DNA from: Rhizophagus irregularis
Taxonomy: Eukaryota
DNA: 64,000 nucleotides
Reading direction: 5' to 3'
Assembly (NCBI RefSeq): GCF_026210795.1
Contig: NC_089430.1
Span: 5,580,001 to 5,644,000 of the forward strand
Of the stretch, positions 13,336 to 25,150 are shown piece by piece. Numbering within the stretch: the stretch's first letter is position 1; each line of letters opens with the position of its first letter. The notes beneath the pieces were generated by a model. That model made no database searches. It had not been told where the DNA came from and saw only the letters and a list, made by a program, of their open reading frames with translations. The translations under genes and the position numbers were made by a program.

Positions 13336-13556
13336 TTAATTCTGAGTCATTCCCGGACTTTTGATTTTAAAATCATGTGATTAATTCTGGATCATTCCCG
13401 AACTTTTTCAATTAAAATCATGTGATTAATTCTGGATCATTCCCGAACTTTTCAATTAAATCATGTAATTAATTCTGGATCATTCCCGAACTTTTCAATT
13501 AAATCATGTGATTAATTCTGGATCATTCTCGAACTTTTTCAATTAAAATCATGTGA
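13336..13556. repeat. Five tandem copies of a 43-45 bp unit
   Basis: TTAATTCTGGATCATTCCCGAACTTTTTCAATTAAAATCATGTGA at 13336, 13381, 13426, 13469, 13512. Confidence 0.93.
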
Positions 13557-13633
13557 TAAGATGTCAACCAATCAAAATAAACAACTAAATGATTATGAGG
13601 CGAAGCACGAATATTAAACTCCGTGATAAATTA

Positions 13634-14110
13634 CAGAGAATTTTTTCAATAAGATTTTTTTTTTGACGGATTATTTGTCAGAAAAATTATTTTTAAGAGG
13701 AGAGATTTTTTTTTTTTTGATACAATGAATTTTTTGAAAATTTTTTAATAGAAAAGTTTTTTTTTTGATGGATAATTTCATTAGAAAATTTTTTTGACAA
13801 GGGAGATTTTTTTTAATAGAGAATTTCGTTAAGAATTTTTTTTTAATAGGAGGGAATTTTTCTTGATAAAGAATTTCTTTTGAGAATTTTTTTTTTAATA
13901 GGTGAATGTATTTTTTGGCGGAGGATTTATCAGAGAATTTTTTTTAATAGGGGGTTTTGCTTTCGAGAGAATTTCATTAAAGAATTTTTCTTTAATAGGG
14001 AGATAAATAATTTTGCTGAGAATTTTTTTTTTTTGATAGAAATTTTATTATAGAATTTATTTTCTTAATAGGTAAGAAATTTTTTTTTTTTAATAATTTT
14101 TTTTTCCAAT
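13634..14110. repeat. Degenerate purine-burst/T-run repeat (GAGAATTTTTTTTAATAGG-like)
   Basis: Recurrent GAGAAT(T)nAATAG units. Confidence 0.6.
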
Positions 14111-15960
14111 GGATATTATAAATAAATGATTTGTTAGTAGTATAAAAATGCGCATTCTGTCATGGTTTTCTCAATTTTATCTTAATCTTATTAATTAATT
14201 TTATTCTTAGTATTTGATTCAGTTTTTTTTTTCTAATAATTTCAGATTTTTAAAAATTTATTTTATGGTATTTTTTTTTTACTTTATTTAATAATTTTCT
14301 TTAATTTGGTATTTTTGATTTCATTTTTAACTTTAATTTTAGCATTTTTTTTTTAATGTTAATATTTTTTTAATTTTATTAAAAATTTTTTATAAATTTC
14401 ATATTATATAATTATATAATATACATATGTATTTTAAACATATAATATGCATTAAGAAAAGTTTTTAAAATAAAGCTAACTATAAAAAAAGTATATAGCA
14501 AATGTATTTTTATTTATTTTAAAATTTATTTCCCTTTTTTTTGATTAGTGAAACTTAAAGACAAGTTTCTGGCAGTATAAAAATAATATTAACAATACTT
14601 CGCTATTGTATTTTATTACCTGGTTAAAAGATTTATTATAAATCGTCTGTATATCTGCAAATTAATTAAATTAATTCTAAATTGTAGAATTTATTATGCC
14701 AGAAAATGTCTAAAAAAGGCAGTAATTTCTGGCTGACATCATCTATCATATTAAGGAAAGATGTTGTATTTTTTAAGTTCGAAGTTTACTCTTGTACAAA
14801 ATAAATTCTCTTATTTATTGTTGTAGTTTATTCTTAAAAGCTACCATTACAATACTTCAATTTGTGTGAATTTATGTGAATTTTTTGATACCAAAAATAA
14901 ATCACATTGAAAGTAAACCTCTTATAAGCTCCTGAAAACAAAGAAAAATTATAAAAATCTGTATCCTTTGAATGAAATTATCTGTCGTAACTACATTAGA
15001 GGCGGAAAGTTTCAAAGGGTTGAAATAAATCAAAAGAAATAACTTCTCAAATGTATTCTTTATCAAAAGTATTATGATTGGTAACGCTAAAAATTTTAAA
15101 TAATATTTTAACTGTTATAATTTCTATGATGATAATATTAATACGACTTTATTAAGTTTATTTAATAGCATCATTCCTTATTGATCTATAAATTATAATT
15201 ACCCTTCATTCTTCTTTTATTTGATCGGTTTGTCTTATTTAAAAAATTTAATTGATTAAATTGGGTAGAAAAATTAACTTTATGCGAAAGACTATATACA
15301 CGTATGTTTATTAACATATAAGATCACGCGTAATTTGAAATTTTGTGCTACATCAAAAGATAAAGGTTTATGGAAAGCAACACGTCGATCATTAAACCAA
15401 AAATTTAGCTAAAGGATTTCTCTGACAAAACTTTTTTTCTAACAATTTTACAACACTTAAAAACTAAATATTTGAACTCCTCGACATGTTTTACATGTAA
15501 AATGAGTAGAAACACCCGTTCTAAATCAAAGACTATGTCAAAAAACGCAGAAGCTGATATAATAGCAGGCTCATTTGCTACCAACGACTCTACTTCATAA
15601 GATACTACTGTTCAAAGACCTAATAAAATCAGAGCTACCCAAGCCACAAACCTATGGATAAAATAGATAATGGGTGCATTTACAAATTCATTTAGATCGG
15701 ATTGAGCCGACGCCTCAATCCAACCCATATTTACAAATTACAAAATCGATTTGGATCGAATTGAGTTGATCAACCTGACTCATTTAGATCGGATTTTACT
15801 ATTAAATTTCCAATCCAGGGTGTACCCCACGATTAAACATACCAGTACTACTATCCACCAACCTACCACCACATGTTACCCCCTATGACCCACCTATATA
15901 ATTTTTTTTGATGAAAAATTTTTTTTTCATATTAAATTTTCTTTCATATTTCGTTTAATA

Positions 15961-17048
15961 ATGGAAACAACCCTTCATGACCGTGAAAATTTTACTAAGG
16001 CGGACATTAAAAACAATAAAAAAAAATCATGCCAATGGAACGATGATAATATTAAGCTTTTACTTTCATTTTTAATAGAACGGAAAGAAGAAGTAAACCA
16101 ACTAAGTACCAAACGAGGTGGCAGCGGTAATACAAAAGCAAAGCTTTGGCAAGACGCGTCAAATATATTTCTTGACAGTCATTGCCAATATTCTGCTGAA
16201 CAGTGCGCGGTTAAGTGGAAAAACATTAAAAAAAAATATAAGGTACTACTTAAGAAACTACTTTTTAAAAATTCTTATTCACACCTTTAATTAAAAAATA
16301 TTCTATTTAGGATGACATGGATCATAATAAAAAATCAGGTAATGATTTAATTGAAGTAAAATATAAAGCAGAAGTTGAAGAAATCCTTGATGGAAATCGT
16401 CCAAGTTTAACTCCAAAACTACTAGAAAGTAGTTTGGACCAAAATGATGAAGTTATTATTGAAAAGGAAGCTCTATTTAATGAAATTACTGGTCGAAGTA
16501 AACGAAAGAACAGGTCTGATGAATCTATCCAAGAAGATGAACCGCGAAAAGCTAACAGGTCCGAAGTAAGAAAAGTTAAAAATATGTTGGAAGATCTAAT
16601 TTATCAAAGAAAGGAAGAACAAGAAAATAGAAAAATAGAACGAGAAAGAAGAGAAGTTGAACGAAAGGAAAGGGAAGAGCGAAGGCAACAGGAGTTTAGT
16701 TTACTAATTTCTGCTTTGAATTCTACAAATAGAAATATGATGTTTTCTCAAAATGATGGTATGTAATTTATTAATATAATTACAAATTATCTTTAATATC
16801 TTTAATATACTAATTATTTTATAATAGTTCCTTTTTATTATCAATCTAGTTCATTTAATACAATGCAATTCATGGATACTTCGTATACTGATACTCCACA
16901 AATTAATCGTACTCATACTCCACAAATTAATCGTACTCATACTTCGCAAATTGATCGTACACGTACTTCGCAAATTGATCGTACACGTACTCCACAAATT
17001 GATCGTACACGTACTCCACAAATTGATCCTACTTTGCAATTTGAATGA
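15961..17048 (+). CDS. Harbinger Myb/SANT-like DNA-binding protein; exons 15961-16242, 16311-16758, 16828-17048
   Basis: Trihelix Trp pattern (QWNDD..LWQDA..CAVKWKNIK), coiled coil; GT-AG introns keep the frame across three ORF-track fragments. Confidence 0.88.
16892..17028 (+). repeat. 24-bp coding tandem repeat x6 (T[P/S]QI[N/D]RT[H/R])
   Basis: ACTCCACAAATTGATCGTACACGT variants in the last Myb-gene exon. Confidence 0.9.
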
Positions 17049-17183
17049 ACTCTACATTACATATTTTCTCACCTCAAGATTTAGATGAAATTTAATCTGT
17101 TGTAATTGTAAAAAAATATAACCAAAATAAAGTCAATTATTCAAAAAAAAAATTGAAATTTTTTTTATTCTGGTGTTTATCAT

Positions 17184-18532
17184 TTATTCTGATACTTCAA
17201 TATCAATTTCATCTTCACTATCACTAATAATGTTATATCTGCTTCTTCTGTTATCTCGTAAAATTTTTTTATTCCACAAATAATTTGCTAAATTATCTCT
17301 AATGGTGTTGGTTACTTCAGAAGCATTATTATTATTTGATAAGGTGTGAAAATTATTTTGGTCATCAAAATATTCATCATCATCTAACATATCTTCCTCC
17401 CTTTCTTCACAGATATTATGTAAAATACAAGATGTTGTTACAATCAGAATAGCTGTTTCTAATGATGTTGCTATAGGATTAATGAGGCATCTAAATCTTG
17501 ATTTCAATTTTCCAAAAGCTTGTTCAACACTTATCCGAGTTTGAGAATGTTTGGTATTATAATAAGTTTGTATTTGTGTTAACCTTCCATTATCACGGTA
17601 TGGTGTAAGTAACCAATTTTGGCAAGGATAACCAGCATCACCAAGAATGTACGAATTTGAAGGAATAACAGAAGAAGAAGAACTAAGCATATAATATAAT
17701 GGAGAATTATGAAATATTCTACTATCATGAGTTGAGCCAGGATAACCAACAAAAATATCAATAAATCTTCCATATGAATCAACAACTGCTTGTAAAACAA
17801 TTGAATAAAAACCCTTTCTATTATAATAATCCATAGGATATTCTTTAGGAGCTTTAATTGGTATATGACTACCATCAATAGCTCCTATGGCATATGGGAT
17901 ACCAGCTTTTCTTTTAAATTTCTTTGCAATATTACTAAATTCAGTATAGTTATTGGGAAATCTATTAAAAATCATAATAATTAATATTTATTTATTAATT
18001 CATTAAAACTTTAATTACTACTAAACTCTTACCTAATTTTTGATGAGAGAAAATGACATTTAATTGCATATAAGACTGATCTGATAATAAAACATATAGT
18101 TGTTTCTCCTAATGCAAACAATTGTCCAAGTGTCCTATAGCTTTGACCAGTAGCTAAAAACCATAAAGTTACTGAAACTTTCTGTTTAATTGGAAGTCTT
18201 GGAGCGCCTCTTGAGTTGTTTCTTTGCAATAATATAGGTGCTATCTCAGTACACAACCACTCAAATGTAGTTTTTGTTATTCTAAAATGGCGCTTAAACT
18301 CCATATTTTCCCAACTGCTACATATATTATTAAACCAACAAAAGCTTCGGGCTCTTCTTGCTTGCCTGTGAACTGCTCTTAAAGAATTATTCCTTTCAAT
18401 AACGTCTATACACTCATAATAAAATAGTAAATCATTATTCTCATCAGATGTTTCTTCGGAGGATGAATCAGTTTGGTCCAAAAAAATTAAATATATAATT
18501 GAAACAAACAAAGAATGTCTTTGAATATTCAT
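17184..18532 (-). CDS. Harbinger DDE transposase (HARBI1-like); exons 18532-18033, 17961-17184
   Basis: FKRHFRITK, GAIDGSHIPI, THDSRIF, LGDAGY, VEQAFGKLKSRF; intron 17962-18032 joins the exons in frame (KIR/FPNN). Confidence 0.94.
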
Positions 18533-20009
18533 TATTATTCAACTTTTAGGTCTAAACTAAAATGTGTTAAGGTGGTATACGAAAATTCAAAATCCGACGC
18601 TCGTATTTGTAAACACAGATTGGATTTTATAAGAATCTGGTTTAATCCAAATGGATCGGCAATCCGATCTAAATCCGATCTAAATGAATTTGTAAATGCA
18701 CCCAATATATTTCCTTTTCACGCTATGGATATAGACGAAAACGCTTTGCCTCCTCACGCACTATCCTATATTTCATCACGTGATACACTAAATCGGGATA
18801 TCCAAATCTAACAAAGAAAAAACGACCCATGTCACAAAATAGAAGAACAAGAACTAGAAAAAGCTTCTCTAATTTTGTATATTCAAATCCGTTTACTGGC
18901 CAATTTCGCAATTATAACAATTGCATGGATCTGATGTTTATTATTTTTTCTTCATCCGATTTCCTTCACAGTGGAACTTTTTTTTACCATACAGATTTTA
19001 GTTTATCTTCTGATGTTCACAATTCTAATTTTAATAATCATCATGTAGCTTTTAATGTATAGTCACCTAGTAGTACAATTTCATCACCCACCGATCTCCT
19101 CATATATACCACTCCTATTTAGACTTGGTTGGAGTCCTAGATAGTTCTTTTTTTTACCAGTAAGGGTCTGTTCTAGTAGACTTAGGTTTGCTGTTGTGGG
19201 CGAAGTTTATAATGCTTTCCAGTTTATTCGTTAGAATAGTTTTGTGATTTTCATTGTATTACTCCTCGCTATCCATAAAATAAAATAAATAAAGGTTTAT
19301 TCTGATAATCTTTTTTTACGTTTCTTTTTTAGCGTTAGGTTTCTGCTTAGTGGAACGAACTGAAATGGTGAGTATTTTTTTTCTAATTGACTTTCAAAGA
19401 AATGTTTTTAACATTTCATTTCTTATTCTTTTTCAGTAACATCAAATTTCTTAGACACCGAATTTTTAGAGGTAAATTGGGAAGATGAAGTTTTTTATTT
19501 TTGACTTTAAAGAAATGTTTCTAACGTTTCATTCCATATTTTTTTTCTAGGGCGCTAGCTAGGTTACTACTTGTACACACTGGACTTTTAAAGGTAAATT
19601 GAGAAGGGATGTTGTAAAGTTTTATTTTATTTTGTTTATTTGACGTTTTATTCCTTATTCTTAACTCTAAAAAACATGTGATTTAGAATTTAACTGCATT
19701 TTAAATACAAAATTTTTTGCTCTGGACTTACAACGGTTTCTGTTTGCGTTTCCTATTTTTTTTTTAAAAAAAAGGAGATTGGTTTTAACCAAATTTATAA
19801 AAAAAAAAAAGTTTGCATGAGCGTTACTAAATTAAAATGAAATTAATGTTTCATAAATAAATTTATTTTGACATACCGTATCTAGTGATTTTTTATCAAT
19901 TTTCAATAAACAATTCGTTCATATTTTTTATTCATTAGAATAATAATAATATATTTTAACTTAAATGTGAAAACTTTAAAATGAAATTAAAATCCTTTTG
20001 TTTTTTGTA

Positions 20010-22604
20010 CAGTTCACCCTCGCTATAGTGAAACTCATGGGCTGAAAACTAAAATTCACTATAGTAAGGGAATTCACTAATCACGTATAGTAAATAAAGA
20101 TAAGATTTTCACTATATTAAAAATCCATTATTATCACGTGATGTATATTATATAGTAATAATTAAAAGTCACGACAACTAAGCTTATTTTTATAAAAAAC
20201 ACATGCAATAAAATAAATTTTCTTTGTTTTTTTGTAAACCTGCGCATAAATACTTTTTATATTTATGTCACTCAAAGATTATTACTTTATTAAGTATGAT
20301 AAACGCAATACTGCAAATCTGTAATACAATCATTTATAAAGACTATCCTGATCGATTTGGTATTCAATAAAACCTTCACACTCTTCATGATTATAAAAGT
20401 CCCCTTCGTTAAAATATAAAGTTTCAAAATTAATATTATCAACGTCCATAATATTATCTTTATCACCTATTCTATTCATATTATTATTATCAACACCATC
20501 AACGCTATCATTAGTTTTAACAAATAGGTCTAAACTCATTTGCTTCTTTGAAAAAAAATTATTTCTGTAAACTTCCCTTCTAGCTTTTTTCATAGCTTTA
20601 AAAGCACCTTTATCAATAATATCTTGACTTTTATTTTGTTCTAAATAAATAAAAATTTTATCAAACGCGGCCAAAACTTCAGAGCTAGATACTGAAGTAA
20701 TTTCCCTATCACTTTCATCATCAGAAATGGAGTTATTTTCTTTAAGAATGGCAACTATCTGTTCTTCAGTTAGTGTCTCACCAGTAATTTCATTCTCCTG
20801 ATCTAATTTAATATATTCTTCAGCGGTAAGGGGATGTATATATTCAAGTTTATCAATTAAATCTTGGATTTCTTTACGTTCATTCTCTTCACGTTCATTC
20901 TCTTCTATTTCATCTTGAGAATCTGTATCATTTAATGGCAAAATTCCTGCATCTCTCCAGCAGTTAAATATAGTTTGAGAAAGAACTTTATCCCAGGCTG
21001 ATACCACATACTTAATAGCTTTTTTGATATCAATTGGTGACTTACTATTGCCTGTTTCTTGTTGATAATCAAAGGCCTTGATATGATTTTTAAGGAGCAA
21101 TTTTCGATAGTGTGCCTACAAATATATAAATATGGTAAGTTTAATTTCGTAATAATTAAAAAATTGCATTAAAATTTTTCAGAATTAATTACCTTAAAAC
21201 TATTAATAATACCTTTATCACAAGGTTGCAGATGCGCGGTTGTGTTAGAAGGTAAAAACTTAATTTCTATATTAGTCAATTCTACACCTTCGTATAAAGC
21301 ATGAACAGGAGCGTTATCTACAAGAAGAAGAATTTTTCTTCCTTTTAATCTCATTGTTGCATCAAATTGACGAATCCAATCATTCCAAATGGAGACTTGC
21401 ATCCAAGCTTTTATATTCCAGTAATATTCTACCGGTAAAGATGACTTGGGTAAGTTTTTCAAGGGACGAGGGTTTTTGTATTTATGAATAAATACTGGTT
21501 TAAGCTTTTCTCTACCAGTTGTATTAGAACAAAGAAGAATTGTCACACGATCTTTTGATTGCTTTCGTCCAGATATAGGTTTATCAGAAATCGTTCTTTT
21601 AGATTCCATTTTCCAATACAAACCAGTTTCATCACAATTGAAAACATCATCAAGACTATATCCACGAATCAAATCTTGAAGCTCTTTCCTAAATTCATCA
21701 AGTTTCTCAAGTGGTGCACTTGCAGCCTCTCCTTGCTTTAAATAACAAGAAAGATTGTGCCTTTTTTTAAATCCATTAATCCAACCATTACTTCCTTTAA
21801 AATTTTCAATCTTATATAAAGATGCAAACATCATAGCTTTTTTATGTAAAACTTGATCACTAATATCAACACTATTTTCCAAAGCTTTTAATACCCATAA
21901 CGTAAGTGCTTCTTCAATTTCTGGAAAAATCACCCTAACTTGTCTTTTACCTTTAGCTTCAGGTACTTGGGGATCAATTTCAAGCCATTTTTGTGAATTT
22001 TTTAACGTACTACTAATACATCCTTCACTAACATCAAATAATTTCGCTAGTTCTTTATTTTTTAGAGAAGGTTCAGTAACTTTTTTAAGACATATTTCAT
22101 GTTTTTGGGCAAGAGTCAAGGAGGCTCTTTTTGGCAAAGTTTTTTCTTGGGATATTATACCTTTGCCTATAGTTATTTGAGTACACGAAGTTCTTTTATT
22201 TTGAGTTTTGGGCATAGTGTGTGAAGAAAATAATTAACTAGATCAGGATTACTTTTATTATAATCAAAATAAAATATGATACTTTTCCTTTTTAGTTTAA
22301 ATCACGAAAAAATTCTAGCTTCTAAAGGCAAATTCAAATTCAAATAAATTATACGTGATAAAAAATTCACTAATTAATTGTGTAACATTTGAAAAATTCG
22401 TTATAGCAAAAATCTTTACTATATCAAGGGTCATTTTATTAACACTGGTTCCAGTATTTAAATTCGAATTACGAGATACAGAAAATTTATTATAAAATTC
22501 ACTATATCAAGAATTATTATTTATAAAAAAATCCGTACCTAGACTTTTCTTCATTATAGTGAGTTATTCACTATATAAAAATTCACTATAGCGAGGGTGA
22601 ACTG
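20010..22604. mobile_element. pogo/Tigger-type Tc1/mariner DNA transposon
   Basis: Perfect 23-bp TIRs CAGTTCACCCTCGCTATAGTGAA flanked by TA; subterminal ATTCACTATA repeats. Confidence 0.96.
20330..22215 (-). CDS. pogo/Tigger transposase (CENP-B HTH + DDE_1), ~602 aa; exons 22215-21193, 21115-20330
   Basis: FKGSNGWINGFKKRH, NCDETGL, LVDNAPVH, LQPCD (DD32D spacing); intron joins NSFK/AHYRK in frame. Confidence 0.93.
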
Positions 22605-23989
22605 TACATCATTTTTTTCATCATCACTTTTTCTTCAATATATATTAACCTACCATCATGCATAAAGCTTAACATATTTTAAACTTAAAAGTAAGCGTAA
22701 GCTTTAAGCTTAATATGTAATGTTATAAAAATGCTTGCATTAAACTAGCCATATATTGAATTTGGTTAAAGTTAGACATACACAGACTTTTCAGTATTCA
22801 TTTCTCCATGCTAAAGAGTTCGCCAATTTTTAAAATATAAAAATAATGAGGAATAATTACTTTGAACATTATTCCTACAACGAATAACCAACCAACAAGA
22901 GTATTTATAACTCTGCTTAGCAGTACTTCAAATAATCAAATTTTGACAAGTTCCTTCAGACATAAGATTCAAACAATTCCTGTTTGATATTGCAAAGCCA
23001 ATAATTGGGTTAACCTACTTCTTTTACTCCAACTAGATAAACTAATTATTAGAAAAAACTATTTGTATACGATTTTGAAGAATATTGTATTTGTTTTTTA
23101 TGTATTTGTGTTAAATATTATTTATAAACATAAATTGAGATATATAGTAAACTTTATTTGACAAAATAAATATATTATTAACTTTAGACGAGTTGTTTTA
23201 TAATATATAGTAAATTAAAAAAGGAGACATTCTCAATAAAAGATGTTAATATTTTTTCATCAAAAAATAAAAATTATAAATTTTATTTGCAGAAGAAAAT
23301 GAATATGATTGTTGAACATGGTAGTAGAATATTTGTTTATTTGTATTGATATATATTTTTTCATCAAATAAAAATTTTCTATTTTATAAAATTTATTTTT
23401 TTTAGAGAAAATAATGGGTGGTATGACTAAATAGTGATGATCGATAACAGTGCCTAAGAGACAAGAGAGGTGGAGAAGAAAATTATGATAATTTAAAAAA
23501 TAATAAAGAGATTTTTTTGTTCTAAAATAGTATAGAATAGATAGTATAGAATAGATAAGAGTAGTGTATGCAATATACTGATAACAATGATAAATTAATT
23601 TAAGGTGAATGATGATAATTGATATGTCAGATAGGTCATATTGACAAAAGTTGAGTTGTTTGTTAAACATAAATAAGATATTGAAGTTATATTACTATGA
23701 CTTAAAAAATTAGACAAGTAGATCAATTTGAGTAACAATATTATAATAATCATTAATTATCATAATTTTAATCAAAATTATACAATATTACACCACATAA
23801 AATGGACAAATATGAAACATTACAATATTGTTCTATTTCATAATAATGAGTTAGACTGACAAGTTGTGAGCCATATCACATAGATTTTCTTGTATTTTTT
23901 TATCCCATATTTTATCATTCCATATATGGAAAAATGATTCAGTTTTTGTCAATGATTTTTCACTTTGATATCTCAATGTGTCAGTCCAA

Positions 23990-25027
23990 GGGCGTTCTCA
24001 AGCATCTCCCTCAATTAGACCTGATAGTGATGTCATTGTGCTCAAGTATCACAATCAATGGCGAGATCAATAGAATTATAAGCTCGATTTAGCTTGAGCA
24101 TGCCTCTTTTATAGTTTAACATAAATTTTTTAAGCAACAGTTTTTTTTTATGATAACCAATTTTATAGTTTTCGACATGCCTAATAAAAAATTCAATAAA
24201 AAACCTCAACCAGTTGCTGAAGTTTCAAACCCAATTTTTAATGCAACCACTTTAAATGATTTTACGAACTTGCAACTTTTTTGCAACAGCAAAGTCAAAT
24301 ATTGGCTCTAAATGAAGCTATACGACAAGAAAAAGTAAATACATATTCTTTTTAAATGTAATATAGGTCTTTATTGATTTCTTTTTTATAGGCATCTTCT
24401 TCCATTGATTGTAATAATCCTGTCGCTATTTCTCCTGATTATGCAACTTCAACTTCAATTCCACCTACACCAATTCGTGCTAGCAAGCCATCAAATCGAT
24501 GGACATCAACAGAAATTCGGATACTTATTAAAGAGGTTAAAGAACATCAACAAGCTTTGCAAAAAGTTAAAGATCCAAGGGAAAAAGGCCGAATTTGGGA
24601 TAATATTGTTTCTAATATACAATCTTCTAATGTTGCAAGTCTCGTTTTAAAAGAACGTTCTAAAGCTTCTATTCAACAAAAGTGGGACACAGTTTTTCAA
24701 AAATATAGAGAGTACTTTCTATAATTTGAGTAAAAGTTAAAAGATAATTCATATTTGTGTCAAAGCCTCTATTATTTCTTTTAAAATTTTCTTGCATTAA
24801 GAATAGAATAATAATTTTTTTATATTGTGAAAGAGCTTGCTGAGAACTCATTTTTGTCATAAAAAAATAAAGTAAATTATTGAGCATCATCTATCAATTG
24901 AAGATCATTGAGGAAAAAAGGTGGTTTTTAGCTCGCTTGTTGATCATCAAAATAAGAAACTCTTTGAAACTTTTTTGACCAATCAGATCATTCATCAGTC
25001 TATCAATTGAGGTGTTTGAGAACGCCC
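23990..25027. mobile_element. Non-autonomous Harbinger derivative (second family), 1038 bp
   Basis: TIR GGGCGTTCTCAA (12 bp perfect, ~20 bp imperfect); CAA target duplication at 23987-23989 and 25028-25030. Confidence 0.85.
24177..24724 (+). pseudogene. Myb/SANT-like gene remnant of the Harbinger derivative
   Basis: Exon 24392-24724 reads NRWTSTEIRILIKEV...GRIWDNIV...RSKASIQQKWDTVFQKY; first exon frameshifted; absent from the ORF track. Confidence 0.78.
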
Positions 25028-25150
25028 CAAGTTATACTATTTACAAGAGATATTTTTTTATTTAAGTCCCTCCTAAACCATTTTACCAATTTATTGTTAC
25101 TAATTTATTTTTACCATCATTAATTAACTATTTTTACCATCATAATTAAC

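Larger units (their letters stand above)
15672..18703. mobile_element. Autonomous PIF/Harbinger DNA transposon
   Basis: Perfect 32-bp TIRs GGGTGCATTTACAAATTCATTTAGATCGGATT; AAT target duplication on both sides; convergent Myb and transposase genes. Confidence 0.96.
15372..19288 (+). mobile_element. Short non-autonomous retroposon (~880 bp after removing the nested Harbinger)
   Basis: 12-bp direct repeat ATAAAGGTTTAT at 15360-15371 and 19289-19300; 3' AAAAT/AAAT tail; degenerate ORF start at 15502. Confidence 0.65.
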
